64,000 nucleotides of DNA from Treponemataceae bacterium (GTDB taxonomy: Bacteria; Spirochaetota; Spirochaetia; Treponematales; Rectinemataceae), in NCBI GenBank assembly GCA_963677895.2, contig CAXXGJ010000018.1, positions 64,001-128,000 of the forward strand, written 5' to 3'. The notes below the pieces were generated by a model. That model was not told where the DNA came from, made no database searches, and worked only from the letters and a program-made list of their open reading frames with translations. Below, one piece after another: positions 28,016 to 37,479 of the stretch. The position numbers were made by a program, and so were the translations under genes. How positions within the stretch are numbered: the first letter of the stretch is position 1; each line of letters opens with the position of its first letter.

Positions 28016-29122
28016 TCAGAAAGGAAGGTCGATCTTCAGGTTGCAGCGTTCTTTCACGGCCTTGAAAGAGGCCTTGAGCGAAGCGTTGAAGGGAACTCCC
28101 TTGTCCTTGCGGTAGAGGGAAATCTCATATTCCTTCTCGCCTGGCGTCCAGATGCGCGTGGCGCCCGGAGCCTTCTTGGAAGCGCGGATCTGGCGGCAGA
28201 TTTCTCCTACCTGATGCTTGAAGGCATCGAGATCGCAGAAAGCGTCGATCCTGATAGCCAGGAAGGAGTGGCCGAGTTCGATGGATGAGGGCTTGCCATC
28301 TTTGTCGACGCCCGTCAGCGCCTTCAGGAAATTCGCCTGCGAGAGGGCGGAAGACAACAGCTCGACGACCATGGAGTTGCCATAGCCCTTATAGCCGCCC
28401 AGGTCTTCCCCGAGTCCGCCCACCGGCGTGAGGGCTGCCTTGTCTTTCGTGAGATCGATGAGGACCTGGTGGGTGTCGTGCCGATAATGGCCGTCCTCGC
28501 CGATGACCCAGCCGTCGGGAAGGTCCTTGCCGATGCGGTCGTAGAGTTCGATTTTACCTCGCTGGGTTACGGAGGTGGCATAGTCGGGCATGAAGGGGAA
28601 GGGCTCGTCCGAGGGCATTCCCCAGGTCATGGGGTTTGTGCCGATCATGGGCTCGACACCCCAGGTCGGCGCTATGGAGGGCCTGGCCGATGTCGTGGTC
28701 ATGCCGATCATGCCTTTCTGGACGGCCATGTTGGGATAATAGAAGGCGGCGCCGTAATGCGTGGAATTGCGGACGACGGTCATGCCGAGGCCGTTCTTCT
28801 CGGCCTTTTCAATTGCCATCTCCATGGCTCGCTTGGCGATATAGTGTCCCATGCCATTGTGTCCATCGATGACCGCGGTGGTCGGCGTCTCCCTGACTAC
28901 TTCGAAATGAGTCTTGGGAAGCTGCGTGCCTGCCCAGATCCTGTCCAGATATATCGGTTTGAAACGTCCAACGCCATGTGAATCGACGCCGCGTTTATCG
29001 GCGGCCACGAGAACGTTGGCGCAGACCGACGCTTCCTCGGCGGGAACGCCGACAGCCTCGAAACCGGCTCGCATGAACGCTTCGACTTCGTCGAATTTCC
29101 ACCAAGTGATGCTCTCATCCAT
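28016..29122 (-). CDS. Ldh_2 family (malate/L-lactate dehydrogenase type 2) oxidoreductase
   Basis: ADKRGVDSHG, RNSTHYG, GTNP, GYKGYG, PGEKE. Confidence 0.88.
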   Translation of the reverse strand: MDESITWWKFDEVEAFMRAGFEAVGVPAEEASVCANVLVAADKRGVDSHGVGRFKPIYLDRIWAGTQLPKTHFEVVRETPTTAVIDGHNGMGHYIAKRAMEMAIEKAEKNGLGMTVVRNSTHYGAAFYYPNMAVQKGMIGMTTTSARPSIAPTWGVEPMIGTNPMTWGMPSDEPFPFMPDYATSVTQRGKIELYDRIGKDLPDGWVIGEDGHYRHDTHQVLIDLTKDKAALTPVGGLGEDLGGYKGYGNSMVVELLSSALSQANFLKALTGVDKDGKPSSIELGHSFLAIRIDAFCDLDAFKHQVGEICRQIRASKKAPGATRIWTPGEKEYEISLYRKDKGVPFNASLKASFKAVKERCNLKIDLPF

Positions 29123-29237
29123 ATAATACTCCTTAGGTTGCAGGGCGCCCTAATCCATGAACGTCCCGTATGGGAAACATGCAGGGCTAGTATAGACCTT
29201 TTTTGCACCATGGCAAAGGGTAAATATGGAAGAGTTA

Positions 29238-29263
29238 CGCGGGGCGGCGACAAGCGCCCCGCG
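29238..29263 (-). terminator. GC-rich hairpin downstream of trxA
   Basis: CGCGGGGCG/CGCCCCGCG; weak U-tract. Confidence 0.4.
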
Positions 29264-29283
29264 CGATTGGCCCGTGAGGGTGT

Positions 29284-29643
29284 CTAGAGAGCCACGCCCA
29301 GGACATCCTTGATGGCTGTCTGGAAAGTGGCTTTTGGCATGGCCCCCGCGGCCATCTGGGGAGGCGCGCCCACGGGAATGAATAGGATGGAGGGAATGCT
29401 CTGGATTCCGAAGGCCGCGGAGATTTCGGGTTCGGCGTCGGTATTGACCTTATAGATTTTCAGCTTGCCTTCGTATTCCTTGGAGAGCGACTCCATGATG
29501 GGAGCGACCATCTTGCAGGGGCCGCACCAGTCGGCATAGAAGTCGACAATGGCGGGGCTTTCACCCCTGTATTCCCATTCTTTCTTTGTTTCGAAATCGA
29601 ATATTTTTTCTATGAAGCTGTCTTTGGTCAACTGTTCTGTCAT
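29284..29643 (-). CDS. trxA: Thioredoxin
   Basis: DFYADWCGPCK; IQSIP. Confidence 0.95.
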   Translation of the reverse strand: MTEQLTKDSFIEKIFDFETKKEWEYRGESPAIVDFYADWCGPCKMVAPIMESLSKEYEGKLKIYKVNTDAEPEISAAFGIQSIPSILFIPVGAPPQMAAGAMPKATFQTAIKDVLGVAL

Positions 29644-29653
29644 TGAAATCTCC

Positions 29654-29677
29654 TTATATTAGAAAATACTAATATAA
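29654..29677. promoter_or_regulatory. Palindromic operator abutting the trxA ribosome-binding site
   Basis: TTATATTAG-N6-CTAATATAA, perfect 9-6-9. Confidence 0.6.
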
Positions 29678-29794
29678 CGATGTTTTGACAAGGGGGAGCC
29701 GGCTGCCCTTGCCGTCAGGGCTAAAATTCTTCCGCCATAGTCCGGAAAATAAAGTATAATGCTTCCAAGGAATTCGTCGAGGGAGGAGTCTTCA

Positions 29795-31798
29795 ATGAAC
29801 TATAAGGATTCGGTCAAGATAAGCCTGGATATGGATGAGCTGCCGCCGGCTCCGGTTTTCGAGAAAGGCATCAGGCGCGCTCCCCGAAGGGAAACCGACC
29901 TGAGTCCAGCCCAGGAAAAGCTCGCGCTGCGCAACGCGCTCCGCTACATCCCTCCCCGATGGCATGAAACGGTGGCTCCCGAATTCCTGGCCGAACTCAA
30001 GGAACGCGGCAGGATTTACGGGTATCGCTTCAGGCCGGCCGGGCGCCTGCGCGGGCTGCCTATCGAAGAATATTCAGGCCGCTGCGTCGAGGGGAAGGCT
30101 TTTCGGGTCATGATAGACAACAACCTCGACTTCAATGTGGCCCTGTACCCCTACGAACTCGTCACCTATGGCGAAACCGGCCAGGTTTGCCAGAACTGGA
30201 TGCAATACAGGCTCATATGCAAATATCTGGAAATTCTGGACGAGAACGGAACGCTCGTCCTCGAGTCGGGCCATCCCTTGGGCATTTTCGCCAGCCACCC
30301 AATGGCGCCGCGCGTCGTCATCACGAACGGACTCATGGTCGGAATGTTCGACAACCAGAAAGATTTCAACCTGGCGGCGGCCCTGGGCGTCGCGAACTAC
30401 GGGCAGATGACCGCCGGCGGATGGATGTATATCGGCCCCCAGGGCATCGTGCACGGCACTTTCAACACTTTGATGAATGCCGGCCGCCTCAAGCTCGGGA
30501 TTCCCCACGGTAAGGACCTGGCGGGAAAGCTTTTCGTATCCTCGGGCCTGGGCGGTATGTCGGGCGCCCAGGGCAAGGCCGCGGTGATAGCGGGCGCCGC
30601 TTCCATCATCGCGGAAGTGGACATTTCTCGGGTGGAGACGAGGTATTCCCAAGGCTGGGTTTCCTGCGTAACGGATTCGATGGAAGAGGCCTTCAGACTG
30701 GCCCAGGCGGCCTTGACGGAAAGACGCCCCATAGCCGTCGCCTATCACGGCAATGTCGTCGACCTCCTTGAGTTCGCGGCGGAAAAGAAGATCTATATCG
30801 ACCTTCTTTCCGACCAGACCAGCTGCCACGTTCCCTATGACGGCGGCTACTGCCCCGCGGGCATAAGCTTCGCCGAAAGGACGCGCCTGCTGACGGAGGA
30901 TAGGGCGGCCTTCAGGACTCTCGTGAACGCCTCCCTCAAACGCCACTTCGAAGTCATCAAGAGGCTCGTCGCCTCGGGCACCTACTTTTTCGACTACGGA
31001 AACGCCTTCCTGAAATCCGTGTTCGACTCGGGTATCGGCGAAATCTCGAAAAACGGCGTGGACGAGAAGGACGGCTTCATTTTTCCAAGTTACGTCGAGG
31101 ATATTCTCGGTCCCGAACTTTTCGACTACGGCTACGGACCCTTCAGGTGGGTCTGCCTTTCCGGAAAGCCCGAAGACCTGCGCAGGACCGACAAGGCCGC
31201 CATGGACTGCATCGATCCGGACAGACGCAGCCAGGATAGGGACAATTGGCTCTGGATCAGGGATGCCGAGAAGAATGCGCTCGTGGTGGGAACGCAGGCA
31301 CGCATCCTCTATCAGGACGCCCTCGGCAGGATGAAGATCGCGCTGAGGTTCAACGAACTGGTCAGGAAGGGCGAAATCGGACCCATCATGCTGGGCAGGG
31401 ATCACCACGATACGGGCGGCACCGACAGCCCGTTCAGGGAAACGAGCAATATCAAGGATGGCTCGAACATGATGGCCGATATGGCGACGCAATGTTTCGC
31501 CGGAAACGCGGCGCGCGGCATGAGCCTCGTGGCGCTGCACAACGGCGGCGGCGTGGGCGTCGGCAAGGCCATTAACGGAGGCTTCGGCCTCGTCCTGGAC
31601 GGCTCGGAACGCGTCGACGCCGTGATAAGGATGGCCATGCCCTGGGATGTCATGGGCGGTGTCGCGCGCCGCGCGTGGGCATGTAATCCGCACGCGCTGG
31701 AAGTCTGTGCCGAATACAACAGCGACCATGCGGATTTGGGCACCATAACGCTTCCCTACGAAGTGGATCCCTCAATCCTGGAAAAAACCCTGGGCTGA
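29795..31798 (+). CDS. hutU: Urocanate hydratase (long, ~670-aa form)
   Basis: GRIYGYRFRP, YGQMTAGGWMYIGPQGIVHGT, GLGGMSGAQ, SDQTSCH, GRDHHD, HNGGGVG; SD GGAGG. Confidence 0.95.
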   Translation: MNYKDSVKISLDMDELPPAPVFEKGIRRAPRRETDLSPAQEKLALRNALRYIPPRWHETVAPEFLAELKERGRIYGYRFRPAGRLRGLPIEEYSGRCVEGKAFRVMIDNNLDFNVALYPYELVTYGETGQVCQNWMQYRLICKYLEILDENGTLVLESGHPLGIFASHPMAPRVVITNGLMVGMFDNQKDFNLAAALGVANYGQMTAGGWMYIGPQGIVHGTFNTLMNAGRLKLGIPHGKDLAGKLFVSSGLGGMSGAQGKAAVIAGAASIIAEVDISRVETRYSQGWVSCVTDSMEEAFRLAQAALTERRPIAVAYHGNVVDLLEFAAEKKIYIDLLSDQTSCHVPYDGGYCPAGISFAERTRLLTEDRAAFRTLVNASLKRHFEVIKRLVASGTYFFDYGNAFLKSVFDSGIGEISKNGVDEKDGFIFPSYVEDILGPELFDYGYGPFRWVCLSGKPEDLRRTDKAAMDCIDPDRRSQDRDNWLWIRDAEKNALVVGTQARILYQDALGRMKIALRFNELVRKGEIGPIMLGRDHHDTGGTDSPFRETSNIKDGSNMMADMATQCFAGNAARGMSLVALHNGGGVGVGKAINGGFGLVLDGSERVDAVIRMAMPWDVMGGVARRAWACNPHALEVCAEYNSDHADLGTITLPYEVDPSILEKTLG

Positions 31799-31839
31799 GC
31801 GCGAAACCCCGCGCTTAGCGCGTCAGGCGGGGTGGGGCG

Positions 31840-34098
31840 CTAGAGCCCCGTGGCCAGCCGCGCTAGGTCGAGCCTCAAGGCCTCGACTTCCTCCCTTGTC
31901 TTCTTCACGAAGGAGTTCTCCGTCGGGCGACCCAGAACGGCCGTCATCTCCGCTTCCGACCGGTAAGTAGCCTTCCTGAAAGGATTGCTCCAGTCTTTTG
32001 CCCTGGAATCGAAAACCCCCTCGGCCACGGAAGCCGAGAGCGCTTCCAGGTCCTTGAAGGCGGCCAGAAGCCCTTCCAAGGAAGGACCCGTGCCAGCTTC
32101 GCGCGCCTTCTCCGGCGAAGCCTGGGGATAGAGGCTTCCAAGCAGCGACCAGGCATAGCGCAGCTTGTCCCTGGGGTAGATTTCCGACAATGTCTGATAT
32201 TCGGCATGGAATTCGCGCCAGGTGGGGTATTCTCCCGCGCCTGCTTTCGCGAGAATCTTTTCGAGGCGAAGCCTGGATACCAGGAGCCCTCCCAGGTTTT
32301 CCCATTCGACGCCAACCCGGCAGTTTTCGTCAGGCTTGAGCGCCGTTTCGATATCGTTCCAGCTTGAGGACTGGGGATTTTCAGACAAGAAATGGACTAT
32401 TTCCCGTCCCGCGAACCAGAGGAGCATCTCCCTGTACGCCCGCCAGGCCTGCGCCGGTTTCCTGATGACGCATTCCCTCGCCGAATGCTCGACATGAACC
32501 GCCACGACATCGAAGGGAAGCGCGCCCGCGCTTTCGCTCAGGATCGCCCGCCCGAGCTTCCTCAGCGGCTCCTGCGCGGAGGCTTCCGGATTGTCATTGC
32601 GATACCTGATGAAAGCCCTGCCGGTCATCTCTTCGAGAAGGGCGATGGCCGACAGGATTTCCTCGGCCGTATCAGGCGCGAAGGGCGAATATTCCAGGCG
32701 AAGTCGCTTGTCGCTCCTGGCGTCGCGCGAGTGGAATTTCCCTTCGTTGCGCATCAGGGCATACTTGTTGCTTATCCACCAGAAAGCGGGCAGGAGAATG
32801 AGTCGGTCTCGCTTGTAGTCGTTGTCGACGAGGCAGAAGGGAAAGGGAATGTCGAGCTCGAAACGATAGTCCCCCTTGGCCAGGAGACAGAAGGACGCGA
32901 AACGCGACGAGTGTTTCACCGAGGTGCATAACCCCGGCCAGAAACCGCGGCCCGCTTCGATCTCCCCGTCCGGAGCCCTGGAGTTGTGGTTGGAACCTAT
33001 CGTGGCTCCCGCCGCCATGTTGGATTGGCCCTTGACGAGACTGGCGATCAGGAAGCTCGTGTTGTGGTGCTGTTCGTGCGCCGGAAAAATGAGATTGTTG
33101 AGGATTTCGCAGCAGGAAACGGTGGAATTTTCGCCCAGGACCGAATGGATGAGCCTCGCCCCATATTTTAGCGATGACGCGTCGCAGAGCACGAAACGCA
33201 CGGCCTTGCAGCCGTAGAAAACCTTGCAGCCATAGCCGATGATGCCGTTGACCAGTTCCACGCCTTCGCCTATCTGCGTTCTCGCGTCTTCCTTCGACTT
33301 GATGGTCAGGTTCTTGAGCTTGTTGGCACCCTTGATGTAGGCGCTTTCCCCTATCGCCACGTCCTTGATCACGCCGTTCGATTTCAGCACCGAACAATTC
33401 CCGATGGTGCCGTAACGCCCTCTGCGGGCATCGAACATGACATCGGTCATCCTGCCGAATTCCTTCATCAGATCGCCCCGGTCACGATTGCGGGCCCAAA
33501 GATAGGCATCGGCGCATGTCATATCGGCGAAGGGGTATACCCAGCGCCCGCCGCCCTCGTTCATGACATCGATAGTGATGCGGACTTCCTCGCCTTCGCC
33601 TTCCACCACATTGCCGTTGCCGAATTTCGAATGATTCGATACGTGGACCTCGGCGTTGTCTATCAGGATGCAGTTGTCCCCAATGATATAATGGGCGATA
33701 TAGGCGCAATTGTTTATCACGCAGTTGTTTCCTATATCGCAGGCGATGATCTGGGAATTGGAGATTCCGGCGAAGAGATGAAGATCGTGATGTTCCAGGG
33801 TGATTTCCTCGAGACAGCCTATTCTCACGAGCCCCGCGAACGAGGTGTTATAGATGAGTTCGGGGGTGAAGGGATCGGCGACGAAGATCTGCGACCAATC
33901 GCTGCAGGTATTGTTCTGCCTGATAAGAGTTTCGAGCTCGAAAGGCTTCAGCTTCCTGTAACTGGCAGGGTTCTTGCCGGCCGCGAGGAACTGCTCGTTC
34001 CTGATCCTGTATTCATCTTCCTCTGGACCGAGATATTGAGCCGGGATAAAACCCGTACCGACATTGAGGTCAAAGCTGACTTTGATATCGTTATTCAT
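31840..34098 (-). CDS. DUF4954-like protein with left-handed beta-helix-like repeats
   Basis: GANKLKNLTI, IGEGVELVNGIIG, HEQHHNTSFLIA, GATIGSNHNSR; family recognised from memory. Confidence 0.75.
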   Translation of the reverse strand: MNNDIKVSFDLNVGTGFIPAQYLGPEEDEYRIRNEQFLAAGKNPASYRKLKPFELETLIRQNNTCSDWSQIFVADPFTPELIYNTSFAGLVRIGCLEEITLEHHDLHLFAGISNSQIIACDIGNNCVINNCAYIAHYIIGDNCILIDNAEVHVSNHSKFGNGNVVEGEGEEVRITIDVMNEGGGRWVYPFADMTCADAYLWARNRDRGDLMKEFGRMTDVMFDARRGRYGTIGNCSVLKSNGVIKDVAIGESAYIKGANKLKNLTIKSKEDARTQIGEGVELVNGIIGYGCKVFYGCKAVRFVLCDASSLKYGARLIHSVLGENSTVSCCEILNNLIFPAHEQHHNTSFLIASLVKGQSNMAAGATIGSNHNSRAPDGEIEAGRGFWPGLCTSVKHSSRFASFCLLAKGDYRFELDIPFPFCLVDNDYKRDRLILLPAFWWISNKYALMRNEGKFHSRDARSDKRLRLEYSPFAPDTAEEILSAIALLEEMTGRAFIRYRNDNPEASAQEPLRKLGRAILSESAGALPFDVVAVHVEHSARECVIRKPAQAWRAYREMLLWFAGREIVHFLSENPQSSSWNDIETALKPDENCRVGVEWENLGGLLVSRLRLEKILAKAGAGEYPTWREFHAEYQTLSEIYPRDKLRYAWSLLGSLYPQASPEKAREAGTGPSLEGLLAAFKDLEALSASVAEGVFDSRAKDWSNPFRKATYRSEAEMTAVLGRPTENSFVKKTREEVEALRLDLARLATGL

Positions 34099-34243
34099 GG
34101 GAAAAATTATCCGGCATTTTCCGGAAGCGCGCAAGGCTCGATGCAAGGAGCTTGCGCAACACTCTGACCACATTTTTCCCCATCAGGAAAAGACGGTTTT
34201 TAACCCCTTGACCAAAAGGGGCGCTTTTCGACATCGTACAGCT

Positions 34244-34828
34244 ATGGATCATGCTGAAACTTCAATGTTGGATACCTATCTCACGGATTCTGAGAAAAGG
34301 ACACTGGAGTTGTTTCATGCCCTCGTCACCGAAAAGAGTTCTATGCGTGAATCCTATGCGATCCGTCTGGCTGATGTCCTCGGCAATCCCGGGGAATTCT
34401 CCTTCTATATCCACTGCACGGAAGACCAGCAGCTGATTCGGACCTTCCACCTCCTCCGCGTTTTCCGCGAAAACGTGGAACTCCTCGTCCACAAGACCTG
34501 GGTCAACGAAGCCGATGAAAAACCCAAGCAGATTCTCTTTGAAGATCTCAAGGTCTTCATCGAGGACTACAGGACGGAAAGGATGGGGTCGGCCTTCAGA
34601 CGTTTCGTGAGCATCGCCCGCGCCATTCCCTCCCTTCTCTTCGGCTCGGCGGGAAGAGCTCCCGATTTCCTGGAATACGCGTTCCGCATAGATCCCAAGT
34701 TCGGCCTTTTCTTCTGGTATGTCGGCGAGCTGGAAAAACAGATGCGCTCCAATGTTGAAATCGTCGACAAGGACAATCTCTACAGGATCGAGACGCTCCT
34801 GGGCGCTTACATCCTTTCCTGCTTCTGA
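34244..34828 (+). CDS. Hypothetical protein
   Basis: 194-aa ORF with host-like codon usage; fills the gap between flanking genes; no recognisable motif. Confidence 0.7.
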   Translation: MDHAETSMLDTYLTDSEKRTLELFHALVTEKSSMRESYAIRLADVLGNPGEFSFYIHCTEDQQLIRTFHLLRVFRENVELLVHKTWVNEADEKPKQILFEDLKVFIEDYRTERMGSAFRRFVSIARAIPSLLFGSAGRAPDFLEYAFRIDPKFGLFFWYVGELEKQMRSNVEIVDKDNLYRIETLLGAYILSCF

Positions 34829-34849
34829 GTCCCTTGTCGCCGCCCATCT

Positions 34850-36181
34850 TCATCGCGCGATGGAGATGACAGCCTCCCCCCTCGAATCGCTTTCCTCGTC
34901 CAGATAGACCCTCGCCCCCGTTCCGCAGAGCCAATCGCCTATCGGCATAAGAATTCCCAGCTCGAGTCTCCCCAGCCATTCGATCCTCGCGCTCCCCGAA
35001 AGACCTAGCTTGAATGTCTGGCAAAGCCCCAGTTCCACGGCCATGGTTGATGAAAGGGCGCAGAGGGCAGAAAACTTCGGTTCTATGGCGACTGCCTGGA
35101 TGACCGCGGGCGGGCCGGATTCCCCCAACGATCGCCGAGGCAGGCCTATGCCCGCGGTCATGGTTCCCGTCAGCAGGAAGGGATCGGCCAAGGCCGAATA
35201 ACGCAGGCGGAGTCCCGACTCCAGGAGGTCATCGTCGCCGCCGGCGAGAAGCGCGATGCCGAGGCTTCTGTTTCTTTCGCGGCTGAGCCGCCTCCATTCC
35301 AGCCCCGCGGAGAGACGCGAAGCGACCGAAAAGGGTCTCCATTCATTTGCCTTGACGCTCGCCTCGGCGAAGAGGGCGATGGCGTCGGAGGGAGCCCATT
35401 CGCCCGCGAAAAAGATCGTGGGCGAAAAGGAAAAGCCATCAGCCCCGCGCATTGAAGCGGCCGACATCCCCAGTTCGACACGGAGATTCTCCAAGCCCTT
35501 CTTTCGCGCGGCGACATTTGCCGCTCCTCCCCCGAAAGCGGAACCCGCGATCAAGTCCAGCCGCTTTCTGCGAAGCGAAGCGGCCTTTTTCGCCTCATCG
35601 ACGATAGTCTGGGGCCGGCCCTCCCTCTCCGGGGCGAGGAGAGGCAGGAGAGCATATCCCGAAGCCCTGCCGGCAAGTTCCTCGCTCGAAAGCGCCACGA
35701 GCCCATCGGCCGGATCGGCCAGGACCGCATAGCCGTCCTCGGCTCCCAAAGCCAGGACAAAGTGCGGCGCCGGCTTATCGTAATGAAGCACGATGGGCGC
35801 CGGACCGGCGAGAATAGCGTCCATGGCGCCGGGGACAATCCGCAGGAGAAGCGAGGGAATTCCGTAATCGGTCAGGACGCGCGCCATGGAGCCGAGGCTC
35901 AGGGTCTTCGGGGTCTCCATGCTGCCTAGTCCTTTCCTGGAGGCCCCGCCGTATCGTTCCAGCAGCTGGGCTTCGTCGACGGCAACCTGGAGAGGGTAAC
36001 CAGAACCGACGGCTTTGCTCCGCGCCGCCGCCAATCCGATGAGTCCAGCCAGGACGGCATATCCGCAGGAGTTGGCTTCGGACTGTCGCGGCACGATGGA
36101 GAAAAAGAGACTTTCGCAGGTTTGGGGAGCCTGCATCTGCAAGGACGATACGAGGGCCAGCACCAGGCCGAATTCTCTCAT
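34850..36181 (-). CDS. C39-family cysteine peptidase domain fused to a beta-strand-rich C-terminal domain
   Basis: Signal-like N-terminus; RQSEANSCG (Cys), HFVL (His), LADP (Asp); alternating amphipathic strands from about residue 230; SD GAGGAGG. Confidence 0.7.
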   Translation of the reverse strand: MREFGLVLALVSSLQMQAPQTCESLFFSIVPRQSEANSCGYAVLAGLIGLAAARSKAVGSGYPLQVAVDEAQLLERYGGASRKGLGSMETPKTLSLGSMARVLTDYGIPSLLLRIVPGAMDAILAGPAPIVLHYDKPAPHFVLALGAEDGYAVLADPADGLVALSSEELAGRASGYALLPLLAPEREGRPQTIVDEAKKAASLRRKRLDLIAGSAFGGGAANVAARKKGLENLRVELGMSAASMRGADGFSFSPTIFFAGEWAPSDAIALFAEASVKANEWRPFSVASRLSAGLEWRRLSRERNRSLGIALLAGGDDDLLESGLRLRYSALADPFLLTGTMTAGIGLPRRSLGESGPPAVIQAVAIEPKFSALCALSSTMAVELGLCQTFKLGLSGSARIEWLGRLELGILMPIGDWLCGTGARVYLDEESDSRGEAVISIAR

Positions 36182-36325
36182 TGCGTACCTCCTCGGTTCA
36201 AAGACAAGACGCGTGGGGAGGAGGCGGTCGATTCAATGGTCCGAATATAACGTTATTCGCTTGACATAATGTCCTGACGGTGGCGTAAATGATGGCTGCA
36301 TATAGTATCAGCCCCTGGGGATTCC

Positions 36326-37459
36326 ATGAAAAAACGCGATTTTTATAAAAAGGCTTTGAACGTATTCCTTTTATTGGCGCTTGTTTTTTTCTTGCCCGCG
36401 AAACTTTGCGCGCAATTGAGGCTATTCGACGGAGGATTGGCCTTCAACCTCATCGACAGCGATTCGCTCTATCCTGAGTATCTCGCCGATCCCTACTCCC
36501 TCACGTCAGGCTTCAAGTATTTCCAGGTGACCGATTACTCCGGCCTTCCCCAAACCATCCTCGCTTCCAACGGAACCGAATATGTGGAGATCCCCTTCGC
36601 TCACTACAGCGAGAGTGAATTCTCAAGCCGCAACAGCTTCTACCAGATAAAGGGCTTCATCAATCTCAGCTTCGCGAGGCTGGAACTCTGGGACTTTCTC
36701 AAGGCCGAAGTGACGACGAATGGCGGGATCAACACCGTCTTCCAGGCTTTCGGGGGAACGGACACCCTCGGTTTCGACGGAATATGGCGGCTCGCCGGAA
36801 CCCTGCGCCTCTTCGACGCGATTTCGCTCCGCTATGGCTGGCACCATTTCTCCGGCCATTGGGGCGACGAGACGATCTCGGACCTGCCTCAGCCTGGAGA
36901 CGCCGATTACATTCCATACACGCATTTGGAAGAATATACGCGAGCCAGCTCCCACGTGTTCGGGCTGTCGGCCAACCCCAAGCCCTGGGCGCGGCTCTAC
37001 TTCGAGGCCGAACTTCCGATGCTCGAATCCTGGATCCGACCGGGCATCCATGTTCCCGCCGGTTTTCTCTCACCGAGCGGCGACGACCTGGCCTATCACA
37101 TCCTCAATCAGGAAGGGCTGGTCGAGGAAGTGGGGAGTCTGCCCGCTTCATACAAGGCCTGGAGGTTGCAGGCGGGAGCGGAACTGAGGTGTCTCCTTGG
37201 CGATTGGGGCTCGCTTTTTCTCGCCGGCGATTTCCAGCTCCACCAGGATGGCCAGACCCTCCACCAGGTCGGGGGCTATGATCCCGAGAATCCCTGGGAG
37301 TTCGAATATACTGTCGGGGGAGGGCTGGAGTATGAAAAGGGCTTTATGGGCCGGAAGATCCGGGTAGAAGCCTTTTACCACGCGGGGCGTTTTCCCCTCA
37401 CCAACTATTTCTTCCTGAGGAGCGACTATATCTCGATAGGTCTGGCGATCAACAACTGA
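36326..37459 (+). CDS. Exported, probable outer-membrane beta-barrel protein (DUF1207-like)
   Basis: Signal peptide; YLADP and HFSGHWGDE motifs; aromatic-rich amphipathic strands ending YISIGLAINN. Confidence 0.6.
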   Translation: MKKRDFYKKALNVFLLLALVFFLPAKLCAQLRLFDGGLAFNLIDSDSLYPEYLADPYSLTSGFKYFQVTDYSGLPQTILASNGTEYVEIPFAHYSESEFSSRNSFYQIKGFINLSFARLELWDFLKAEVTTNGGINTVFQAFGGTDTLGFDGIWRLAGTLRLFDAISLRYGWHHFSGHWGDETISDLPQPGDADYIPYTHLEEYTRASSHVFGLSANPKPWARLYFEAELPMLESWIRPGIHVPAGFLSPSGDDLAYHILNQEGLVEEVGSLPASYKAWRLQAGAELRCLLGDWGSLFLAGDFQLHQDGQTLHQVGGYDPENPWEFEYTVGGGLEYEKGFMGRKIRVEAFYHAGRFPLTNYFFLRSDYISIGLAINN

Positions 37460-37479
37460 TTTTTGCGGCCGCCGAGCGA

